Of a DNA stretch of 64,000 bases, positions 58,936 through 64,000 are shown in pieces. Below the pieces are notes generated by a model, which had not been told where the DNA came from, did not search any database, and saw nothing but the letters and a program-made list of their open reading frames with translations. The DNA comes from Eledone cirrhosa (Eukaryota). The stretch covers positions 332,444,001 to 332,508,000 of the forward strand of contig OZ024742.1 of NCBI GenBank assembly GCA_964016885.1, written 5' to 3'. How positions within the stretch are numbered: the first letter of the stretch is position 1; each line of letters starts with the position of its first letter. The translations under genes were made by a program, and so were the position numbers.

Positions 58936-61144
58936 ATGGAATTCTTTAAGATTACTTCCTCTTTAAAAGACATACCTCTACCTAGAAACAAAGACTTTAT
59001 AAAACAATTAATAGATAAATCTGACTCTTTTATAAGGAGAATCAGGTGGCGAGCATTCCACTTTGATAAATCTAATATAAATGAAAATGTCTCGGACTTA
59101 AACAAAGTTTTCAAATCTAAAAGAAATCCAGCCCCTAACAAACTTTTATCTGACTTTGAAAACGATATAATTTCTATCATACAAGGGGTCAAATTCAAGA
59201 GAAACTTCAAAGGCCAGGAATATCTGAAAGGCATTAAGGATAATATTGAGAGCTTAGAGAAAACTGAGAAGATCTTGGTGAAATCTGACAAGACCAACAA
59301 CCTCTATGGAGTGCAGAAAGACATGTATAATGGCCTCATACTGAAGGAGCTGAGGAAAAAGTACAAGGTAGCAGAAAAGGCCGAGCTTGAGAAAATGAAT
59401 GTCGAAGCATCTTGTATAATGCACGAGTTGGAAATTAAGAACAGAACACAACCTTTCGTGCCCAGGAAACCGAAGATCAATATGAAAGATCACAAGAGGA
59501 ATTTTGAAAATGACTTGCCAGTTAGATTGATCGCACCATCAAAATCGGACCTGGGCAAATTAAGCAAAAACATTCTTGACAGGGTGATACAGCAAATTAA
59601 GAACTTGGATTGTTTATCTAACCTGAGCTTGTGGAAGGGAACTGGAGAGGTTGTTGAGTAGTTTAAGCAAATTAAATATAACAATAATAATAAGTTTATT
59701 CAACTTGATATTGCTAACTATTATTCTTCTATTACCCCTAATCTACTAAATAAGGCACTAAATTACGCATTCAAACATACTGACCTAACTAGCAATGAAA
59801 TGCATATTATATTATCGGCTAGGAAAACTTTGATAGAATTTAATGACCAACTATGGACCAGAGCAGATAGAGATAGCAATTTTGACATTACTATGGGATC
59901 ATCCGACTCAGCTCAGGTAACTGACCTTGTGGGCTTATTTTTAATCAATTCGCTACATAGGAAAATACCTGGTACTACCGGAGGTTTATATAGAGATGAC
60001 ATGCTTTTACTTATTGATAATAATAACTCTGAACTAAATAGAAAATGTAAACAAATTACACAATTTTTTTAATTACTTTAATCTTAAAATAGAAATTGAG
60101 AACAACCATAGAATAGTCAATTTCCTAGATATAACATTAAATCACAACACATGTCTTCACTATCCTTTTCACAAGTTGAATGAAAACTTAAACTATGTCA
60201 ACTCTAACCACCCCAGATCTGTCAAAAACACTATAGTAAACTCTGTTCAAAAACGTATCTCTAGGATCTCGTCGAATAGAAAGATTTTCGACGAAAAAGC
60301 CCAATGCTACAATGAAGCATTAGCTAGAGCAGGATATGCTGATAAGATTATGTACATAGATAATGATAGACAAACTAAACAAAATAACAACTATTTTAAT
60401 TACGGCAACAACCTTAACAACTATAATAGAAAGCATTACAATAATTCCAAAGGCCAAAAAAGAAATAGAACTAGGAACATAATTTGGTTTGCCCCCCCTT
60501 TCTCACTAAACATTAAAACCCACATCGCTAAACTATTTTTTAAAGCTCTTGATAATCGCTTCCCTAGAACACATAGGTATCACTCAATTTTCAATAGACA
60601 TACAATAAAATTAACCTACTCATCCACCAAAAATTTAGCACAAAATATTAATAGAATAAATAATAGGAACTTAAAACCTAGTGATAATAGCATAAATAAT
60701 ATACAAGTTAACAAATGTAACTGTAGAGATAGATCTAAATGTCCGTTGAATAACAACTGCTTAGTTAAAAATATAGTATACAATTGTAATGTTAAAACTG
60801 ACTCTAATTCTTTTAACTACGTCGGTTCCACATCGACGGAATTTAAACTTCGCTATAATAACCACAAGAATTCTTTCACAGATCCAAGCAAAAAATCTTC
60901 AACGGCACTATCAGGCGTACTCTGGCAACTTAAGCTAGATAACGTTAGATATTCGACGGCTTGGAATATAGTCTCAAGAGGGATTCCTTTTAATTCATCC
61001 TCTGAGACATGTGACCTCTGCGCAGAGGAGATATTCTTTATACTAAAATCTAAAAATGCCCTTAATCTACGGACAAATGTATTCAGTTGCTGCAAACATA
61101 GATTAAACTCAACGTTTAAATATAAATTTAAATTTAAAATGTAG
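58936..61144 (+). pseudogene. PLE reverse transcriptase and GIY-YIG endonuclease polyprotein (one nonsense codon, one frameshift)
   Basis: Motifs RIRWRAFHF, KSDKTNNLY, KDHK.NF...VRLI.P, FIQLDIANYYSSI, FDITMGS.DSAQV.DLVGLF, GLYRDD, VNFLDITL, SNHP, IIWFAPPFS, CNCRDRSKCPLNNNCL, IVY..YVGST, CDLCAEE and CKH. TAG at 59659 and a +1 shift in the T-run at about 60064-60070. Confidence 0.95.
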
Positions 61145-62487
61145 TATATTTAGTTTGATTTATAATTATATGGGAAACTAGCCGATAAATCTTTATTTCT
61201 TCTTTTTATTCTTTTTATTTTTATTTTTATTTTTATTTAAACATTCTTCATGAAAAATTAAGCTACCCTAAAAGTTGATGCTCCAAATATTTCGAATAAA
61301 CGTTACACTAGATAAACTTCTATATTAAATATAAGAACACATGTAGACCAAATGGGCATCCTAAACTTTTTGAAATGATCTTTGCTAGATGCGATTTGAT
61401 AAATAATTTTTGGCTTTATCTGTTTTTCGACTCTGATGCTTATAATGAACTTGGCAATATATTGTCAATTAATTTTGAAGGGTTGATCTTTGTGGTTTAT
61501 TTTTATTATTGTAGTATTTTCTAATATTTTTATTTTTAATATTTTTAATATGTAATATTTTTAATATCTAATATTCTTTCGTAATATTTTTTAGTTTTCT
61601 ATTTTATTATTACTTATTATTATTATTATTGTTATTTTTTGGTTTTGTTTCTGATATATATTTTTATTAGTATATTGAAATCTGCTCTCTATTTCTGCTT
61701 GATAGATAATCTTGTAGAGTAAAGACAGGAATAGTAGTAATATTGACTCTATATATATTTGTGTGTGTATATATACACATATATGTATACTTAAATTTTT
61801 ATAGCACAATGAGAATGTTTTCCGTGAACTTAGGGTTTGCAGAGTTGATCATGTAAATTCACATAGATGTTTGTAGTTATCACATAAACATAAACATTTA
61901 AAAAAAAAACTAAACATAAGATCATTACTTTTCACACATTATGGATACATGTCTCATTCAGGAATACTGATATTTACAATATAGTGGCTGGTTTTTATTT
62001 TTTATTTTATACATACTAATACCTCTACATTAAAACATAGGGTTTTTATGTCTCGCCTATGTCTGGTTATTTTTAATTTTTCTCTCTACATAACAGCTGG
62101 TTTCTCTCCTAACCACATATCTCCCTTACATTAATACTAGAGCTAAATAAATAAATAAATAAATAAATGTATCATTGATACGTTTACTCAACGGACGTCC
62201 CACTACCTAGTTTTCTATATATATATATCTATCTCTATTTCCTCTCTCTCTCTATATATATATCTATCTCTGTTTCTTTACATGAAGTTCTTCTCTTTAT
62301 CTATCTTTCCATCTCTCTATTTTGTTCCATGCATTTCTTCTTCTTTCTTCTTTTTCTTCGTTTTCTGTCTTTCTTTTTTCTCTCTTTCTTTCTCTCTGTG
62401 TACAATCTTTTCACTGCCAATTCAACTTTTCAAATACAAGTCGATGTTGTTACGGTATGTCAAATCTATTTATCTATAAAACTGTTT

Positions 62488-62564
62488 ATATTGTATTTTG
62501 TCTGAGGAAGGCATAGCATATTGTTAATATGATATCCCTGAAATATATATAATGAAATAAATAT
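62488..62564 (+). ncRNA. Hammerhead ribozyme in the 3' pLTR
   Basis: Copy of 58686-58762 with one G>A change at the base of stem II. Confidence 0.75.
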
Positions 62565-62622
62565 GGTTTTATAAATATAGTTTCCATTTATTTAATATTG
62601 TATATATATATATATATATATA

Positions 62623-62671
<49 letters not shown>

Positions 62672-62675
62672 AGAC

Positions 62676-62776
<101 letters not shown>

Positions 62777-62795
62777 AACATATACATATATAAAC

Positions 62796-62840
<45 letters not shown>

Positions 62841-62898
62841 ATATATATATACATATATATACATATATATATACATATATATATATATATATGTATAC

Positions 62899-62984
<86 letters not shown>

Positions 62985-63116
62985 ACATATATATATATGA
63001 ATGTATATATAATGTATTTTGCAATACACTTTATGCTTAATTAAAAGTATTTTTAAGAACGTATGCTATTGTTTTAGAGTAGTGACAAACTCACTTACTT
63101 TAATCTCAGCAAACAA

Positions 63117-63181
63117 GGGGAGATAAGCCGACAAGGCCTTGTTTCGCATTGATTGATGCTTATCAAGGCTAACTACTCCCT
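63117..63181 (-). ncRNA. Hammerhead ribozyme with variant core UUGAUAA
   Basis: GGGAG..AGCC-TTGATAA-GCAT caatca ATGC-GAAAC-AAGGCCTT-GTC-GGCT..CTCCC. Confidence 0.8.
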
Positions 63182-63490
63182 CCTGTCTACTGAGATCACT
63201 GATGTTATATTCTTATAGAATTCTAGTAAATAATCAGGAACTGATTATACAGAGCGGTTGCCTGTCAGGCAGAAATTAAAAATTAGAATTGGAGCTCTGA
63301 AATAGCAATATATATATGAATGTATATATAATGTATTTTGAAATACACTTTATGCTTAATTAAAAGCATTTTGAAGACCGTATGCTATTGTTTTAGAGTA
63401 GTGACAAACTCATTTACTTTAACCTCAGCAAACAAGGGGAGATAAGCCGACAAGGCCTTGTTTCGCATTTATTGATGCTTATCAACAGGA

Positions 63491-63554
63491 GGGAGTAGTT
63501 AGCCTTGATAAGCATCAATAAATGCGAAACAAGGCCTTGTCGGCTTATCTCCCC
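63491..63554 (+). ncRNA. Hammerhead ribozyme with variant core UUGAUAA (inverted copy)
   Basis: GGGAG..AGCC-TTGATAA-GCAT caataa ATGC-GAAAC-AAGGCCTT-GTC-GGCT..CTCCC. Confidence 0.8.
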
Positions 63555-63848
63555 TTGTTTGCTGAGATTAAAGTAAGTGAGTTTGTCACTACTCTAAAAC
63601 AATAGCATACGGTCTTCAAAATGCTTTTAATTAAGCATAAAGTGTATTGCAAAATACATTATATATACATTCATATATATATTGCTATTTCAGAGCTCCA
63701 ATTCTAATATATATATATATATTAGGGTAAATATTGATGCAATTCAATTCAAGCACTCAACGTACTTTTTCCACATAGGAGTGACGGTGTAAATATGGAA
63801 TAAGGAAAAGCGAAGTAGTTTCAGATGTTCAAGTCCTTTAATAATAAT

Positions 63849-63922
63849 GCTGTGATATATATTTCAATGACGACACTGGCCACACTGTTCTGTGTGCGAG
63901 TGTCGTGTCATCATCAGACAGC
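63849..63922 (-). ncRNA. Type-I hammerhead ribozyme
   Basis: GCTGT-CTGATGA-TGAC..GACACT...AGTGTC-GTCA-tt-GAAA-TATATA-TC-ACAGC. Confidence 0.85.
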
Positions 63923-64000
63923 TTGTTACATAATAAGGTTATATTTCCGAGGCAATCCAAATTGAATCGACATGGGAATGGATGAAGTTCGTGCTTTTGG

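Larger units (their letters stand above)
62997..63708. mobile_element. Retrozyme-like 319-bp unit: 1.5 tandem copies plus an inverted copy
   Basis: 62997-63315 is repeated from 63316 to 63485 (offset 319), and 63485-63708 is a reverse-complement copy. No ORF; contains an HHR; flanked by (TA)n. Confidence 0.75.

Noticed and set aside
59659-59661. Possible recoded stop (selenocysteine) in the PLE ORF, as known for some Naiad elements
   Set aside because: The stop is TAG at a probable Trp codon, not TGA at a Cys position.

Overview
Eukaryotic, AT-rich, microsatellite-saturated DNA. The SINE types and repeat landscape suggest an invertebrate, most likely a cephalopod such as Octopus (inference). 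No intact host gene is recognisable, and most short ORFs in the track are (TA)n/(CA)n translation artefacts. The window is a retroelement graveyard. It holds a near-full-length L1/Tx1-like LINE (5.3-11.05 kb) plus four relics, two tandem R4/Dong-type restriction-like-endonuclease LINEs (33.8-39.7 kb) plus a fragment, RTE scraps and two tRNA-derived SINE families. It also holds Penelope-like elements (PLEs) with a C-terminal GIY-YIG nuclease: one near-intact copy with pLTRs at 58.5-62.6 kb and fragments at 46-48 kb and 21.8-22.3 kb. The most striking hidden layer is non-coding. About 13 type-I hammerhead ribozyme (HHR) motifs from roughly 8 sequence families sit mostly in short islands between (TA)n tracts, many in fold-back (inverted) arrangements. 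They include a 319-bp tandem retrozyme-like unit with a compensated U3-A8 catalytic core (UUGAUAA) and a family with a ~115-nt stem II. All structures were read by eye; none was computed or tested.
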